A DNA stretch of 64,000 nucleotides. It comes from Nitrospirota bacterium. Lineage in GTDB: Bacteria; Nitrospirota; Thermodesulfovibrionia; Thermodesulfovibrionales; JdFR-86. The stretch lies in assembly GCA_963721805.1 (NCBI GenBank), contig CAVRJY010000001.1:736001-800000 (forward strand), read 5' to 3'. This document shows, one piece after another, positions 53,611-64,000 of the stretch (its first letter is position 1; each line of letters begins with the position of its first letter). Below the pieces are notes generated by a model that saw nothing but the letters and a program-made list of their open reading frames with translations, was not told the origin of the DNA and did no database searches. The translations under genes were made by a program, and so were the position numbers.

Positions 53611-54008
53611 GCAGCGCCCTTCGCGCGCTCCGAGGCCTTGCAAAACGCGTCCAGGACTTCCTCCCTGCGTGGGGGCTTGTTCAGGACCATGAAGGCCCCT
53701 CCGGCGTTGACGCGCTCGAGCGTTGAGCGCTGCGTGTCAGCGGTAAGCACTATTATCAGGGCCTCCGGCGAGGCGTTGCGCATGAGCCTGAGGGCCTCAA
53801 AACCGTTCATATTCGGCATCGTGAGGTCGCAGAGCGTCAGGTCCGGGGAGATCTCGATGAACTTCGAAAGGCCCTCGACGCCGTCGGAGGCCTCGTAGAT
53901 CTCGAGCCCGGGCAGGTCTGACAGGCACTTGCGCACGGCCATGCGCGCGAGCATGGAATCGTCTACTATCAGGATTTTTCGGATAATTGACACGGCTCCC
54001 CCCATCAT
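53607..54008 (-). CDS. CheY-like response regulator
   Basis: ILIVDDS, DLTMP, TAD, KP; start uncertain. Confidence 0.88.
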   Translation of the reverse strand: MMGGAVSIIRKILIVDDSMLARMAVRKCLSDLPGLEIYEASDGVEGLSKFIEISPDLTLCDLTMPNMNGFEALRLMRNASPEALIIVLTADTQRSTLERVNAGGAFMVLNKPPRREEVLDAFCKASERAKGAA

Positions 54009-54086
54009 CGTCCCCCCTGCATTTGGCCATGAGGCCGGTTAGATTATATCAGAAACAGTACAATTTTGTTGAGGCATGGACCAGGT

Positions 54087-54120
54087 AAAAAAACAGGCCC
54101 GGCAGTGCTGCCGGGCCTGT
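54087..54120 (-). terminator. Intrinsic terminator of the acs operon
   Basis: acaggcccggca..tgccgggcctgt hairpin with a T run on the minus strand. Confidence 0.88.
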
Positions 54121-54144
54121 CCGTGCTGGTCAGATCCAAGGCTG

Positions 54145-56151
54145 CTAGACGATGCCCTGGTGGGGTTTGACCGCCTTGTCCAGCTCGCGGCGAGCGGCCA
54201 TGTCCATCAGGACGCGCTCGGTGCCGAAGCGGCCCGGCTCGTACTTCTTGAGCTTCAGGGCGTCTCTGGCGTCGTCGATGAACTTAAGGGCGAGCGCGAG
54301 CATCTTCTCGGGCTCCTCCTCGAATACCAGGCAGCCCTTGTACCGCTCCATCCAGACGTCGGTCATTATGCGCGTGACCTCGGAGCTCGCGCCGTAGGGG
54401 TTCTCGCCGCCAAAGATGCAGGGCACCCCGGACGCAGCGAAGTAGCAGCCGATCGCGATGGCCTTCTCGGACATCCACTCGGGCGCTATGCCCACGGCGG
54501 GCATCCCGCCGATCTCGTCCGAGAGCCCGCCCTCGTTCGCCATTGCGGAGGCGATGGTCAGGATGCGGGAGTTGTCCACGCAGGCCCCCAGGTGCAGGAT
54601 CGGCGGTATGCCGATTGCCTCGCAGACCTCGCGGAGGCCCGGCCCGGCGTGCTCGAGCGCGGTCTCGGGCGTCAGGTATCCGAGCGCGCCGCATGCCTGC
54701 GAGCCGCAGCCGGTCGAGACGATCAGGACGTCGTTTTTGATCAGCTCCATTGCGAGGTAGGTATGCAGCCCCGTGGACTCCACGCGCGGGTTGTCGCACC
54801 CGGCGAGGCCGACCACGCCGCGCACGCGCCCTGCCATGATCGCGTCGTTAAGGGGCCTGAAAGATCCGCGGAACTGGCCGCCCTGCATGTACTCGATATA
54901 CTCGTGCGAGAAGCCTCCGATAAGCGGGTTTTTCTCGGTGACGTGGCTGCCGATGTGCTTGCGGTTCGGGAAGTTGTCTATCGCCATGCGGACGATCTTG
55001 CGGGCGTAGTCCTTGGCGTGGTGCTCGTCAAAGGGCATATGGGTCGCGCCCTGTATCATCGCCTTCTCGTTCGTGGTCACGAGGATCGTGTGGAACTTCC
55101 TGGCGAGCTCGCTTAGAGAGGGCATGATGCACTGCACGTCGACCGTGAAGAGGTCGATCAGGCCGGTCATCATCCCGAGTTCCTGGTTGGTGAAGCCCCC
55201 GGCAGTGGGTATGCCGTGGCGCATCAGGACCTCGTTTGCCGAGCAGCACATGCCGCCGACGTTTATGCCCTTGGCCCCCTTGCTCTTGGCGTATTCCACG
55301 AGTTCCGGCTCGTCGACGACCGAGATCAGCATCTCGGGGAACAGGGGCTCGTGGCCGTGGATCACGACGTTGACCTCGTCCTCCTTGAAGATGCCGAGGC
55401 TCGCCTCGGCGAAGACCGGCTTGGGCGTCCCGAACAGGATGTCGGTGATATCGGTCGAGATCATGCTCCCGCCCCAGCCGTCGGCGAGCGCGGTGCGCAG
55501 GCCGTGCGTGAGCAGGTGGTCGGGGTCGTGGTCGACGCCGATATTGGTGCGGTGCATCGCCTCGGCGATCTCGCGGTCGACCGCGCGCGGGGTGATCCCG
55601 TACTTGGCCCAGCGCTCCTGGGTCTTCTTCGGGGCGCGGCTTGTGTAGTTTATATGGCCCGGAAGCTGGCGGCCGAAGTCGTTAAGGAACGCCATGGCCA
55701 CGTCGCGCGCGACGTCCATGATCTCGCGGCCCTCGCCGTACTCGATGCCGAGATATCCGGCCACGCGGTAGAGCTTCTTGACGTCCGTGACCTGAAAATC
55801 CTTGGCCTCGCCGTTTGCGGCCGCGAGCAGCGCCAGGACCATCCCGCGCGCGTGGTCGGAGTGCGCGGCCGTTCCGGCCGCTATCTGGCGCAGGAGCTTC
55901 CTGGCCGATACGGTCTCGAGCTTCGCGCCGCATACGCCGCGGCCTTCCTCCTCGGCGGTCTTGCCGGTGAAGCGGCAGGGGCCCATGTTGCAGATGCTGC
56001 AGCACGCCCCGCTCGAGCCGATAGGGCAGGCCTTCATGCTCTGCGCGCGGTCGAAGCAGGTGGTCATGCCGTGGCCTTCGCCCCAGTCCTGCACCGTGCG
56101 CGAGACCGGGTTGGCGCTGTGTATGGTCGTTATAGTCTTTTTAATCTCCAT
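54145..56151 (-). CDS. cooS: Anaerobic Ni-Fe carbon monoxide dehydrogenase catalytic subunit
   Basis: CCSICNMGPC, HSDH, HGHEP, GMCCSANE, GCDN, TGC, GACVDN, EWMSEKA. Confidence 0.96.
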   Translation of the reverse strand: MEIKKTITTIHSANPVSRTVQDWGEGHGMTTCFDRAQSMKACPIGSSGACCSICNMGPCRFTGKTAEEEGRGVCGAKLETVSARKLLRQIAAGTAAHSDHARGMVLALLAAANGEAKDFQVTDVKKLYRVAGYLGIEYGEGREIMDVARDVAMAFLNDFGRQLPGHINYTSRAPKKTQERWAKYGITPRAVDREIAEAMHRTNIGVDHDPDHLLTHGLRTALADGWGGSMISTDITDILFGTPKPVFAEASLGIFKEDEVNVVIHGHEPLFPEMLISVVDEPELVEYAKSKGAKGINVGGMCCSANEVLMRHGIPTAGGFTNQELGMMTGLIDLFTVDVQCIMPSLSELARKFHTILVTTNEKAMIQGATHMPFDEHHAKDYARKIVRMAIDNFPNRKHIGSHVTEKNPLIGGFSHEYIEYMQGGQFRGSFRPLNDAIMAGRVRGVVGLAGCDNPRVESTGLHTYLAMELIKNDVLIVSTGCGSQACGALGYLTPETALEHAGPGLREVCEAIGIPPILHLGACVDNSRILTIASAMANEGGLSDEIGGMPAVGIAPEWMSEKAIAIGCYFAASGVPCIFGGENPYGASSEVTRIMTDVWMERYKGCLVFEEEPEKMLALALKFIDDARDALKLKKYEPGRFGTERVLMDMAARRELDKAVKPHQGIV

Positions 56152-56160
56152 CTCGTCTCC

Positions 56161-58359
56161 TTATATGATCGAGGCCATCTCGAGCGCCGGGTGGCCGACG
56201 CTCGCGAGGTGCTCCATCAGTTTTTCGGAATCCTCACATATCGTCTCGTCCGCTATCTTGTCGAGCAGGTTCGGTACGCCTTCCTCCGCGGCGCGCGCGC
56301 TAAACGCGTCCTTGAGGCTCTCCTTGAGGTTCTTCGTCATCCATACGATGCGCTTCAGGCCCCCGTCGCCGGCGAGGAACTTCTTGCTGACGATGAAGTT
56401 GCGGCCGATGCCCATGAAGCCAGGAGACTGCATTCCTCCGCCCACGGATCCCGCGAGCGTCGAGAACTTCATCCCCGCCGGCGTCATGCCGGTATGTCCG
56501 CGCTGGACGATCATTATGCCGTTTGCCTCGGGCACGAGCGCGATGATGCACTCGAAGCAGCCGCACGAGGTCATCGGGTTTTCCATGATCGTGTAGAGGT
56601 TCACCGTGGGCACCGCCCCGCCCGAGGCCTTGTCGACGTACTCGTCCACGCCGGTGTACCGGCCGTAGCGGTCGTCAATAAGCTCGCCCTTCTGGATCGG
56701 CTGGTTGCCGCCCGTGGGGTCGATCTCGAACGCGGCCTTGCAGTCAAGCCAGTTAAACGCGCCGCAAAGACCGAGGCGTTCGGGCGTGACTACGCAGAGG
56801 TGGCTCGGTGCGAAGGACTGGCACAGCAGGCACGAGTAGAACAGGTCGACGCTCTCGTCCGTCATCGAACCAAGGCGATGGTCGCGCTCCCTATATGTGG
56901 CGCGGGCCTCCTCGAGGTGCTCAAGCACGTCCGCCTCGTTTACGTAGAGCGTCACGGCCACCTTGTCCACGATGCTCTTAAACATGTGCTTCAGCATCGT
57001 GGTGAAGATGATGCCGAGGTGCTCAAGCGTGATGCCGTCCTTCTGGGCGCCGTTGCTTATGCGTATCCAGTTCATGTCGCGCTGGCCCATGTGCCATAGG
57101 CCCTGTGCCTCGTTTATCGAGTGGTGGACGCGGCGCTCGATGACCGATTCGAAGTCCGGCTGCATCTTGCGGCCCGCGACGTCTATCACTATGCCCAGCG
57201 GCATCTTGCCGCCCTTGGCGTAGGTCTCCTGCCAGTTGTCGCCGACTATCGTGATCTTGCCGTCCTCGACCTCGTCGATCTCCCTCATGCGCACGAGTTC
57301 GAAGCACGGCGTACGCTGGCCGCCCATCTCGATGTACATGTCCTCCTTGCGGATGCGCTCGCCCTCGAAGGCCGGGCCGTATGCGACCGGGATCGGGGGT
57401 TTCTCGAGCACGATCTTGAGCCCGCGCACCTCGATGGCCTTCTGGACGATCTTCGCGTGGTCGAACTCCTTGTCCACGTGCTCGTACGTGCAGACCCCGG
57501 TGGGGTGGATGACCGGTATGTCGCTGTCCGCGATGGCCGGGAAGCCCATGTTAATGGCCCCCGCTCCGGTCGTCCAGATCGTGTCGTCAAGCGGGCCGAG
57601 CACGATGGCGAAGGCGAAGACGCGGTCTTTTTGGTACATCAGGTGGCCCTTGAAGTCCGCGGGCTTCTTGTTGCCGAATATCAGCGAGGCGCGGACGGCC
57701 CAGTCGAGGGCATAGAGGGTGTGCTCCGTAAGCGGCCCCAGGGGGACGATGCGCGTGTCCCAGCCCATCGTGACGCGCTTTCTAAGGAGCTGCTTGGTCA
57801 CGCTGTTGCCGTTGACGTTGCCCGAGAGGAACGTGAGGATGTTTTTTTCCTGAAGCTCGCGGACGATCTTCACGGCGGTCTCGTCGTCCGGGGCCGCGCC
57901 GATGATGGCGGCGAAGCCGGGCATCGAGCCGTCGACGAGCTGTATTCCCAGGTTGCGCTGGATGGTGTCGGTTATGAAGCCGTTGTACTCGTACCCAGTC
58001 TCCTCGTCCCTGCACGGCTCGAGCCCGTTGATGTAGCGGCACGCGAGCCAGATTTCCTGTGCGAACAGGCTTGCCATGCCGGAGTCGAGCGCCTCGCCAA
58101 GGTAGGGCTTCCAGACGTGCTCCTCCGGGATCGGGTGCTGGAGGTCCTTGGCGAACCCGAGCGCGGTGTGCATGTCGCCCAGGGTCTTGGCCGCAAAGCC
58201 GGTAATCGCGTAGATCATCGGCAGGTAGTACGCCGTGTCCGGGAACTCGAACTGGAAGTCCGCCCCCTTCTCCGCTATGGTCTTGGCGAGGAGTTCCTCG
58301 GCCTGGTTGACCATATTATGGGAGCCGCGTATCGCGGCCGCTCCGATTATCTTAGACAT
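56161..58359 (-). CDS. acsB: Acetyl-CoA synthase
   Basis: CLLCQSFAPSH, TPERLGLCGA, PMTSCGCFEC A-cluster ligands; N-terminal FPDTAYYLP domain. Confidence 0.97.
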   Translation of the reverse strand: MSKIIGAAAIRGSHNMVNQAEELLAKTIAEKGADFQFEFPDTAYYLPMIYAITGFAAKTLGDMHTALGFAKDLQHPIPEEHVWKPYLGEALDSGMASLFAQEIWLACRYINGLEPCRDEETGYEYNGFITDTIQRNLGIQLVDGSMPGFAAIIGAAPDDETAVKIVRELQEKNILTFLSGNVNGNSVTKQLLRKRVTMGWDTRIVPLGPLTEHTLYALDWAVRASLIFGNKKPADFKGHLMYQKDRVFAFAIVLGPLDDTIWTTGAGAINMGFPAIADSDIPVIHPTGVCTYEHVDKEFDHAKIVQKAIEVRGLKIVLEKPPIPVAYGPAFEGERIRKEDMYIEMGGQRTPCFELVRMREIDEVEDGKITIVGDNWQETYAKGGKMPLGIVIDVAGRKMQPDFESVIERRVHHSINEAQGLWHMGQRDMNWIRISNGAQKDGITLEHLGIIFTTMLKHMFKSIVDKVAVTLYVNEADVLEHLEEARATYRERDHRLGSMTDESVDLFYSCLLCQSFAPSHLCVVTPERLGLCGAFNWLDCKAAFEIDPTGGNQPIQKGELIDDRYGRYTGVDEYVDKASGGAVPTVNLYTIMENPMTSCGCFECIIALVPEANGIMIVQRGHTGMTPAGMKFSTLAGSVGGGMQSPGFMGIGRNFIVSKKFLAGDGGLKRIVWMTKNLKESLKDAFSARAAEEGVPNLLDKIADETICEDSEKLMEHLASVGHPALEMASII

Positions 58360-58474
58360 CCGTCAAAAACCTCCTGGGTCCTGTTTCGCGGCCGCCCGCC
58401 GGGGCAAATGGCCGTAAGTATAATGTCAAATGGCCTCAGCCATTTTCGGCCGGTCCGTCTGATGCCCGGTCCGG

Positions 58475-59812
58475 TTATGCCTTGCCTTTTAAATAGACCG
58501 GAAGCTGGTTGGCCTCACGCGGCCCGACCGTGATCTTCCAGCCTTCGAGCTTGTCCTCGAGCGCGCCGCTTAAGATCGCGACATAGCCGGGGAGGGTCAG
58601 CTCCTTCGCGGCCATGGAGTTTTCGACTCCGCTTTCTTTGATAAACGCCGCGATCTTCGACGCAGTGAACTTTCCGGCCGCCCATGCCGTGAGCACCGAG
58701 AGACCCTCGCAGTCCATGACCGCGAGGCGGGTGGGCACCTTGCTGTTTTCCACCTCGCCCGAGACGATGAAGTACGTCAGCGAGAAGTTCGTCGTCACCA
58801 GCAGGGGGGACTTGTCCGTCACGTCCCCGATGTTGTAGATCTTCTGCTCGACCTGCATCGGCACCTGGGGGTCGGTGTATATGTTCTGGCGGAGCGTGAA
58901 GAGCGCGAGGCTCTTCCACTTGTCCACGGTGCTCATCACTATGATCGAGGAGTATTTGGCGATGCCGACCGAGGCGACGAGCGCCTCGAGCAGGCTGTCC
59001 TCGCGCTGGGCGAAGGTGACGACCGGGTAGCCCAGGGGCTTGAAGGTCTTCTTGATCGCGGCGCGCCTGACATAGGTGTTGTTCATCAGTATCTGCCCGG
59101 CGGTTTTAGAGTTGCAGTCGAGCACCATGTCGGCCACCCCGGCGGCCTTGACCTTCTCGGTCAGCTCGCTGAGTTCCTCGAGCGTGCCCGCCACGCCAAG
59201 CGATGCGCCGGCAGCCTTTGCGGTCGCGGCCATAGCCTCCAGGTTCGAGGCGTTCGCGCCGTGCAGCACCGGCTTTTTGCCGCTGAACGCCGCAAGCGCG
59301 GCCTTCGCGGCCTCGGCGTTGCCGGTCGAGAGCATCACCGGCAGGTCGGGCGCTGCGGCAGCCACGGCCTTTGCGGCAGCCGCGAACTTGGCGGCGTCGC
59401 CCGAGACGTTCGTGATGCATACCATATCGATGCGGAGCCTCTGCCCGACGCGCTCCATCTCGGAGGCGGCGACATCGGCCACGGTCTTCTTGATCTCGTC
59501 CTCGCTCGCGGTGTCCTTGATCTCGACCGCGAAGGCGCAGGGGTTTACGAACTTCTTCTCGTGGCGGAACATTACGGTCTCATCCCCGAGCTTTACGGCT
59601 TTGTCACCCGCGCCAATGACGATGGTCCTTACAGGCGGGGCCGAGGCCTCGCCGAGCTGGGCCTTGACGTCCTCCGAGACGTCCGGGCAGAGGTCTATGG
59701 TCGCCTGCCTCTGGGCAAGCTTCATCGCGAACGCCAGGCAGGTCGGAAACCCGCACTTCTTGCAGTTCGTCTTGGGGAGCATCTTGAATATCTCGACTCC
59801 GGTCAGTGCCAT
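58475..59812 (-). CDS. acsC: Corrinoid iron-sulfur protein large subunit
   Basis: LPKTNCKKCGFPTCLAFA, IYTDPQ, TTNFSLTY, GLSVLTAWAAGKF. Confidence 0.96.
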   Translation of the reverse strand: MALTGVEIFKMLPKTNCKKCGFPTCLAFAMKLAQRQATIDLCPDVSEDVKAQLGEASAPPVRTIVIGAGDKAVKLGDETVMFRHEKKFVNPCAFAVEIKDTASEDEIKKTVADVAASEMERVGQRLRIDMVCITNVSGDAAKFAAAAKAVAAAAPDLPVMLSTGNAEAAKAALAAFSGKKPVLHGANASNLEAMAATAKAAGASLGVAGTLEELSELTEKVKAAGVADMVLDCNSKTAGQILMNNTYVRRAAIKKTFKPLGYPVVTFAQREDSLLEALVASVGIAKYSSIIVMSTVDKWKSLALFTLRQNIYTDPQVPMQVEQKIYNIGDVTDKSPLLVTTNFSLTYFIVSGEVENSKVPTRLAVMDCEGLSVLTAWAAGKFTASKIAAFIKESGVENSMAAKELTLPGYVAILSGALEDKLEGWKITVGPREANQLPVYLKGKA

Positions 59813-59818
59813 GTTTGC

Positions 59819-60763
59819 CTATCCCTCCATCTCTGCGATGAGCTTGTCTACTGCTGCCACGGCCATGGGGTGCCTCATGATGATGAGTTCAGCCCCCGCC
59901 AAGAGGAACGCCGAGGCCGTAACTGCCTCCCACGCCACGCCGCGCTCCTCCAACGAGCCCCATGCCGGGAGGTCGGCCTCCGGGGCCTGCGTTTCCTTGA
60001 CCTTCCAGACGTACATGCCCACGTCGGCAAGCATCGGGGGCTGCATCGTCAGGTCGTTTTGCGTAAGCGCGGCAAGCCTGATGCGCTCCATGACCGAATA
60101 GGTGTACTCAAGCCCGTAGCCCAGAGCGGAGGACATCGGGTCGGTGATGAGCTTCTCTTTCTCGAAACCCATCTGCGTCAGCAGGATGTTGAGCTGCTTT
60201 GAGAGGTTGATGTCGAGTTCGCTCATCGCAATGAGCTTGTGGTCGTTGGCCATCGCGGCCGCGGCGATCGTCTTGTAGTTGGCCTCCTGGGCCTTGCCGA
60301 GGAGTATGTTGCGGCCCTTTGCGGCCTCCGCGACCCTAACGAGCACGGCGGAGTCCTTCTCGACCTGGTTGCTGCCCATTATGATCAGCGGGATGTCGAC
60401 CGCGTTCATCACGTCCGTGACGGTCTTGACGGCTTCCTCGGCCGAGCGGTTCTCGCGGTCCGGGTGCGTGCCGATCAGGCGCAGGGCAATGGCCTTCGCG
60501 CCGAGTTTTTCCTTGCAGTGCCTGGCCCAGGTGACGGGGTCGCCCGAGACGCCCTCATACGCGGCCTGTACGGAAGCGGGCCAGTCCGTCGGGGGGACGT
60601 CCTGGATCTCGTATGCTATGACGGGCTTGTTCGGGGTAACGCCCTCGAAGCCGTGGAACTGCAGCACGTTTTCCCCTCCAACGGTGACGGACGCGCTCCC
60701 GGTGCCGATCGTAACGGGGTAGACCTTGCCGGAGTAAGTCTCTTTCGGCGGTGTGAATGCCAT
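59819..60763 (-). CDS. acsD: Corrinoid iron-sulfur protein small subunit
   Basis: DINLSKQLN, ALGYGLEYTYSVMERIRLAAL, MRHP. Confidence 0.95.
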   Translation of the reverse strand: MAFTPPKETYSGKVYPVTIGTGSASVTVGGENVLQFHGFEGVTPNKPVIAYEIQDVPPTDWPASVQAAYEGVSGDPVTWARHCKEKLGAKAIALRLIGTHPDRENRSAEEAVKTVTDVMNAVDIPLIIMGSNQVEKDSAVLVRVAEAAKGRNILLGKAQEANYKTIAAAAMANDHKLIAMSELDINLSKQLNILLTQMGFEKEKLITDPMSSALGYGLEYTYSVMERIRLAALTQNDLTMQPPMLADVGMYVWKVKETQAPEADLPAWGSLEERGVAWEAVTASAFLLAGAELIIMRHPMAVAAVDKLIAEMEG

Positions 60764-60802
60764 GCTGAAAAGCCTCCTTGTATATTATTGTTGTTACGTT
60801 AG

Positions 60803-61585
60803 TTACATTTCAAGGTACGAATGCGCGTACAGCGTCCTACCCTGGATGATGTCAAGGGTCTTGACGACCTCGTTTACCTCGTGGGCGTCCGCGATGACGG
60901 CTGTCAGGCCCTCGTACATCAGGAGCTCGAAGAAGTACTTGTTGATGATCGGCCTCATTAGCTTGGGCGCGCCGTTTGAGATGTTGCTGAGCCCGACGAC
61001 GGTCTTCATCGGCGGATCGTTGAGCTCCTGGAACATCTTGATGGCTTTGATGACGTGCAGGGCCTGGTCCTGCGTGGTCGCTATCTGAAGCACGAGGGGA
61101 TCGAGGTAGAGGTCCTCGACCGGGACGCCGTATTCCATGGCGCGGGCCATCATCTCGGCCGCTATGCCGCAGCGCTCCTCGGCGTCGGCCGGGAGGCCGC
61201 CCTTGCCGACCGTCAGGGCGATGACCTGACAATTATATTTGGCTGCGAGTTCGAGGATTGGGAAGCGCTCGGGGTCGTTGGACGTTGAGTTGATGAGCGC
61301 GCGGCCCCATGCGTTATTGTGGACCTTGAGGCCGGCCTCGATGGCCTTGCCGTTCGTGGTGTCGAGGCAGACCGGAAGCTGTACGACCTCCTGGATGGTC
61401 GTGACCATCCACTGCATGAGGTCCTCGCCCCCGTCCTCGGCAGGGCCTATGTTGGCGTCAATCATGCCCGAGCCCTCTTTGGCCTGACGAAGTGCGATCT
61501 CCTGGATCGGGCCCTTGTCCCGGCTCATCATCGCCTCTCTGACTCTCTTTGCGATAATGCTCAGTTTTTCTCCTATAATCAGCAT
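60803..61585 (-). CDS. acsE: Methyltetrahydrofolate:corrinoid methyltransferase
   Basis: Pterin-binding TIM barrel (IIGE, DTTN, INS, DPL, GLSNISNG) heading the acs operon. Confidence 0.87.
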   Translation of the reverse strand: MLIIGEKLSIIAKRVREAMMSRDKGPIQEIALRQAKEGSGMIDANIGPAEDGGEDLMQWMVTTIQEVVQLPVCLDTTNGKAIEAGLKVHNNAWGRALINSTSNDPERFPILELAAKYNCQVIALTVGKGGLPADAEERCGIAAEMMARAMEYGVPVEDLYLDPLVLQIATTQDQALHVIKAIKMFQELNDPPMKTVVGLSNISNGAPKLMRPIINKYFFELLMYEGLTAVIADAHEVNEVVKTLDIIQGRTLYAHSYLEM

Positions 61586-61886
61586 CCCCTGGTACTCTCC
61601 CTTCTTCGCGGTGTTAGTATCAAGACATTTTTTCCGGTTGTTCGTATAACGTTAAACACATAAGATAACATGGGGCCTGCGGAAAATGGCAGTGAGAAAT
61701 TTTTATGGACCGATAAGCGCTAAAGAACCTTCCGGATTAATAATGATATTTAATAAATCAAAATATCAAGCTGCCTTAACCGTGCGGCAGATAGGGATAT
61801 TTTATTGCATCGCAGCCCCTGAATGCTCATTGCGGGTTTCGGGGTGATGGGGTATAGTATAGGTGACGCATGTAAAGGAGGAAGCC

Positions 61887-62294
61887 ATGGAAACCATAAG
61901 GATCGCCTTGATTTTATTATTTATTTCAGTGGCTCTCGTATCATGCACGAGCGTCGAAATGCTGCCGGACGAGGAGCCGCAGGCGGCTCGTCCGGGGGTA
62001 CCGGGGCCGGCCCCTTTCATTATGATGGCCTTCCCGCACTACGAGACGGTTTTCAGTATGCCGGGCATGCCGCCGGAGCAGCCTGCCGGGCTGGACATGT
62101 CGTGGTTCAGCCGCTGCTCGGGGTACTTCGACATGACAAGCGGCATGAGGAGAGACCTCCTGCTTAAGGAATATGATTACTACGAGGCCGTGCGGAGGGG
62201 CCGGCTCGCCATGGCCCGGCTGGGCATGCTGCAGGCTGACATCGAGACTCTCATGAGGCAGATCGACGTCGCGACGCCGGTCCAGTGCCGGTAG
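61887..62294 (+). CDS. Hypothetical lipoprotein
   Basis: AGGAGG RBS; lipobox LVSC; Met/Pro-rich; directly upstream of copA. Confidence 0.55.
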   Translation: METIRIALILLFISVALVSCTSVEMLPDEEPQAARPGVPGPAPFIMMAFPHYETVFSMPGMPPEQPAGLDMSWFSRCSGYFDMTSGMRRDLLLKEYDYYEAVRRGRLAMARLGMLQADIETLMRQIDVATPVQCR

Positions 62295-62317
62295 CAGCCC
62301 ATATACCGTAACCGCTG

Positions 62318-64000
62318 ATGGAAAAGGACGGTAAGGAAAGGGCTGAGATCCCAATAACCGGGATGTCCTGCGCCGCGTGCTCGGCCCGCATTCAGGAGTC
62401 GCTCTCGGAGCTGCCCGGCGTCAGCTCCGCCTCGGTGAACCTCGCGGCCGAACGCGCCACGGTAGTCTACGACCCCCGGAAGCAATCCATAGACGACTTC
62501 ATCCGGCTCATCGAGGACATGGGCTACGGCGTCGGCGTCGCGCGCCAGGTGCTCCCCGTAAAGGGCATGACCTGCGCGGCATGCGTGGGCGCGGTGGAGC
62601 GAGCGATAGCCGGGCTTCCGGGAATCCTCAATGCCTCGGTGAACCTCGCGACCGAACGCGCTACGGTTGAGTACCTGCCGACGATGACCGGCCTGGCCGA
62701 GATCAGGCGCGCGATCAGGGACGCGGGCTACGAGGTGCCCGAATACGCCGGGCAGGACGCTGTCGAACGCGAGCGCGAGGAGCGCGAGGCCCGCTACAGG
62801 GCGCTCAGGCTCAAGGTAATCCTCGGCGCGGCCCTCACAGTGCCCATCATGCTCCTGATGTACTGGGACAGGCTGGGGCTTATGTCCATCGCCCATATCC
62901 CGATGCGGCTGGGTTTCATCGCACAGCTCGTGCTCGTTATCCCGGTCCAGTTCTGGATTGGAGGGCAGTTCTACTCGGGCGCGATAGCCGCTGCGCGCCA
63001 CCGCACGACCAATATGAACACGCTGATCGCCGTAGGCACCTCGGCAGCGTTCATATACAGCGTCATCGCCACGTTTTTCCCGGCGGTCTTCACGGTCAAG
63101 GGCTACGCCCCGGACGTCTATTACGACACCTCGGCGATGATCATCGTGCTGATACTGCTTGGCCGCCTCTTTGAGATGCGGGCCAAGGGGCATACGTCCG
63201 AGGCGATCAAGAAGCTGATCGGGCTTCAGCCTAAGACCGCGCGCGTCCTGCGCGGCGGTGCAGCGGCCGACATCCCGGTTGCGGACGTCGAACTCGGGGA
63301 CCTCGTGGTCGTCCGGCCCGGGGAGAAGATCCCGGTTGACGGCACGGTGGTCGACGGCTCCTCTGCGGTGGACGAGTCCATGGTCACCGGCGAGTCGATG
63401 CCTGTCGAGAAGAGGCCCGGAGACCGCGTGATCGGGGCCACGATGAACCGGATTGGAACATTGACGCTTGAGGCCACCGCGGTTGGGCGCGAGACCGTGC
63501 TTGCGCACATCATCTCGATGGTGCAGGAGGCGCAGGGCTCCAAGCCCCCGATAGCGCGGCTCGCTGACAGGATAGCCTCGGTCTTCGTGCCCTCCGTAAT
63601 GGGGATCGCGGCCGTTACGTTCGCCGTGTGGTTTACGCTCGGCCCGGAGCCTAGGCTCACATACGCATTCTTAAACGCGATAGCGGTGCTCATCATCGCC
63701 TGCCCATGCGCGCTCGGTCTGGCGACCCCGACCTCGATTATGGTCGGCACCGGCATGGGTGCGCAGTTCGGCATCCTCATCCGCGGGGGCGAGGCGCTCG
63801 AGACCGCGCACAAGATCAAGACCGTCGTCTTTGACAAGACCGGTACGATCACGAACGGGACGCCGTCGGTGACGGACATCGTGGCAGCGGCCGGCGAGAG
63901 CGAGGCGCATGTAATATACTTCGCCGCATCGGCCGAACGCGGCTCCGAGCACCCGCTTGGCGAGGCGATAGTGAAGAAGGCCTCCGAGATCGGCGTGGCG
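62318..64000 (+). CDS. copA: Copper-translocating P1B-type ATPase (partial, runs off window)
   Basis: Manual translation: GMSCAAC and GMTCAAC HMA domains, [26 protein letters not shown]. Confidence 0.93.
   Translation, partial: MEKDGKERAEIPITGMSCAACSARIQESLSELPGVSSASVNLAAERATVVYDPRKQSIDDFIRLIEDMGYGVGVARQVLPVKGMTCAACVGAVERAIAGLPGILNASVNLATERATVEYLPTMTGLAEIRRAIRDAGYEVPEYAGQDAVEREREEREARYRALRLKVILGAALTVPIMLLMYWDRLGLMSIAHIPMRLGFIAQLVLVIPVQFWIGGQFYSGAIAAARHRTTNMNTLIAVGTSAAFIYSVIATFFPAVFTVKGYAPDVYYDTSAMIIVLILLGRLFEMRAKGHTSEAIKKLIGLQPKTARVLRGGAAADIPVADVELGDLVVVRPGEKIPVDGTVVDGSSAVDESMVTGESMPVEKRPGDRVIGATMNRIGTLTLEATAVGRETVLAHIISMVQEAQGSKPPIARLADRIASVFVPSVMGIAAVTFAVWFTLGPEPRLTYAFLNAIAVLIIACPCALGLATPTSIMVGTGMGAQFGILIRGGEALETAHKIKTVVFDKTGTITNGTPSVTDIVAAAGESEAHVIYFAASAERGSEHPLGEAIVKKASEIGVA

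Noticed and set aside
55216..58533. Long plus-strand ORFs (627 and 470 aa) opposite cooS/acsB, and similar shadows elsewhere (47003-48607, 38275-39657, 62180-63508)
   Set aside because: Antisense shadows of well-supported genes, expected in high-GC DNA; no motifs
61840..61862. CsoR operator upstream of the lipoprotein-copA unit
   Set aside because: Only a GGGGTAT half-site is present; the complementary TACC half is missing

Overview
GC-rich chromosomal window from an anaerobic bacterium. Gene content suggests Nitrospirota (Thermodesulfovibrionia-like) or a related sulfate-reducer lineage; this is an inference. Housekeeping and metabolic blocks include trxA-tlpA-ffh, a UbiD decarboxylase, a NorQ/NorD-type pair, a solitary sigma28 flagellin, galT-glgA with a two-component system, cysK, mntP-mltG-ispG-panC, a split glutamate synthase, tRNA-Gln-prs-rplY-pth, a Wood-Ljungdahl acsE-acsD-acsC-acsB-cooS operon and a partial copA. 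There are two AT-rich accessory islands. The first (~2480-4990) carries a membrane protein and a geranylgeranyl-reductase-family gene. The second (23536-28017) is bounded by ~160-bp inverted copies of an ERIC-like hairpin element, the left copy split by an IS30. It carries a solitary PLD-family nuclease, an IS481 and a 14-bp-period palindrome array. A third, diverged copy of the hairpin borders the first island with the same end facing the cargo. A multi-PAS histidine kinase is interrupted by an in-frame TGA followed directly by a SECIS-like hairpin, making it a candidate selenocysteine-containing sensor kinase. Three genes (glgA, rlmD-like, glutamate synthase amidotransferase) carry +1 frameshifts that may be assembly errors.
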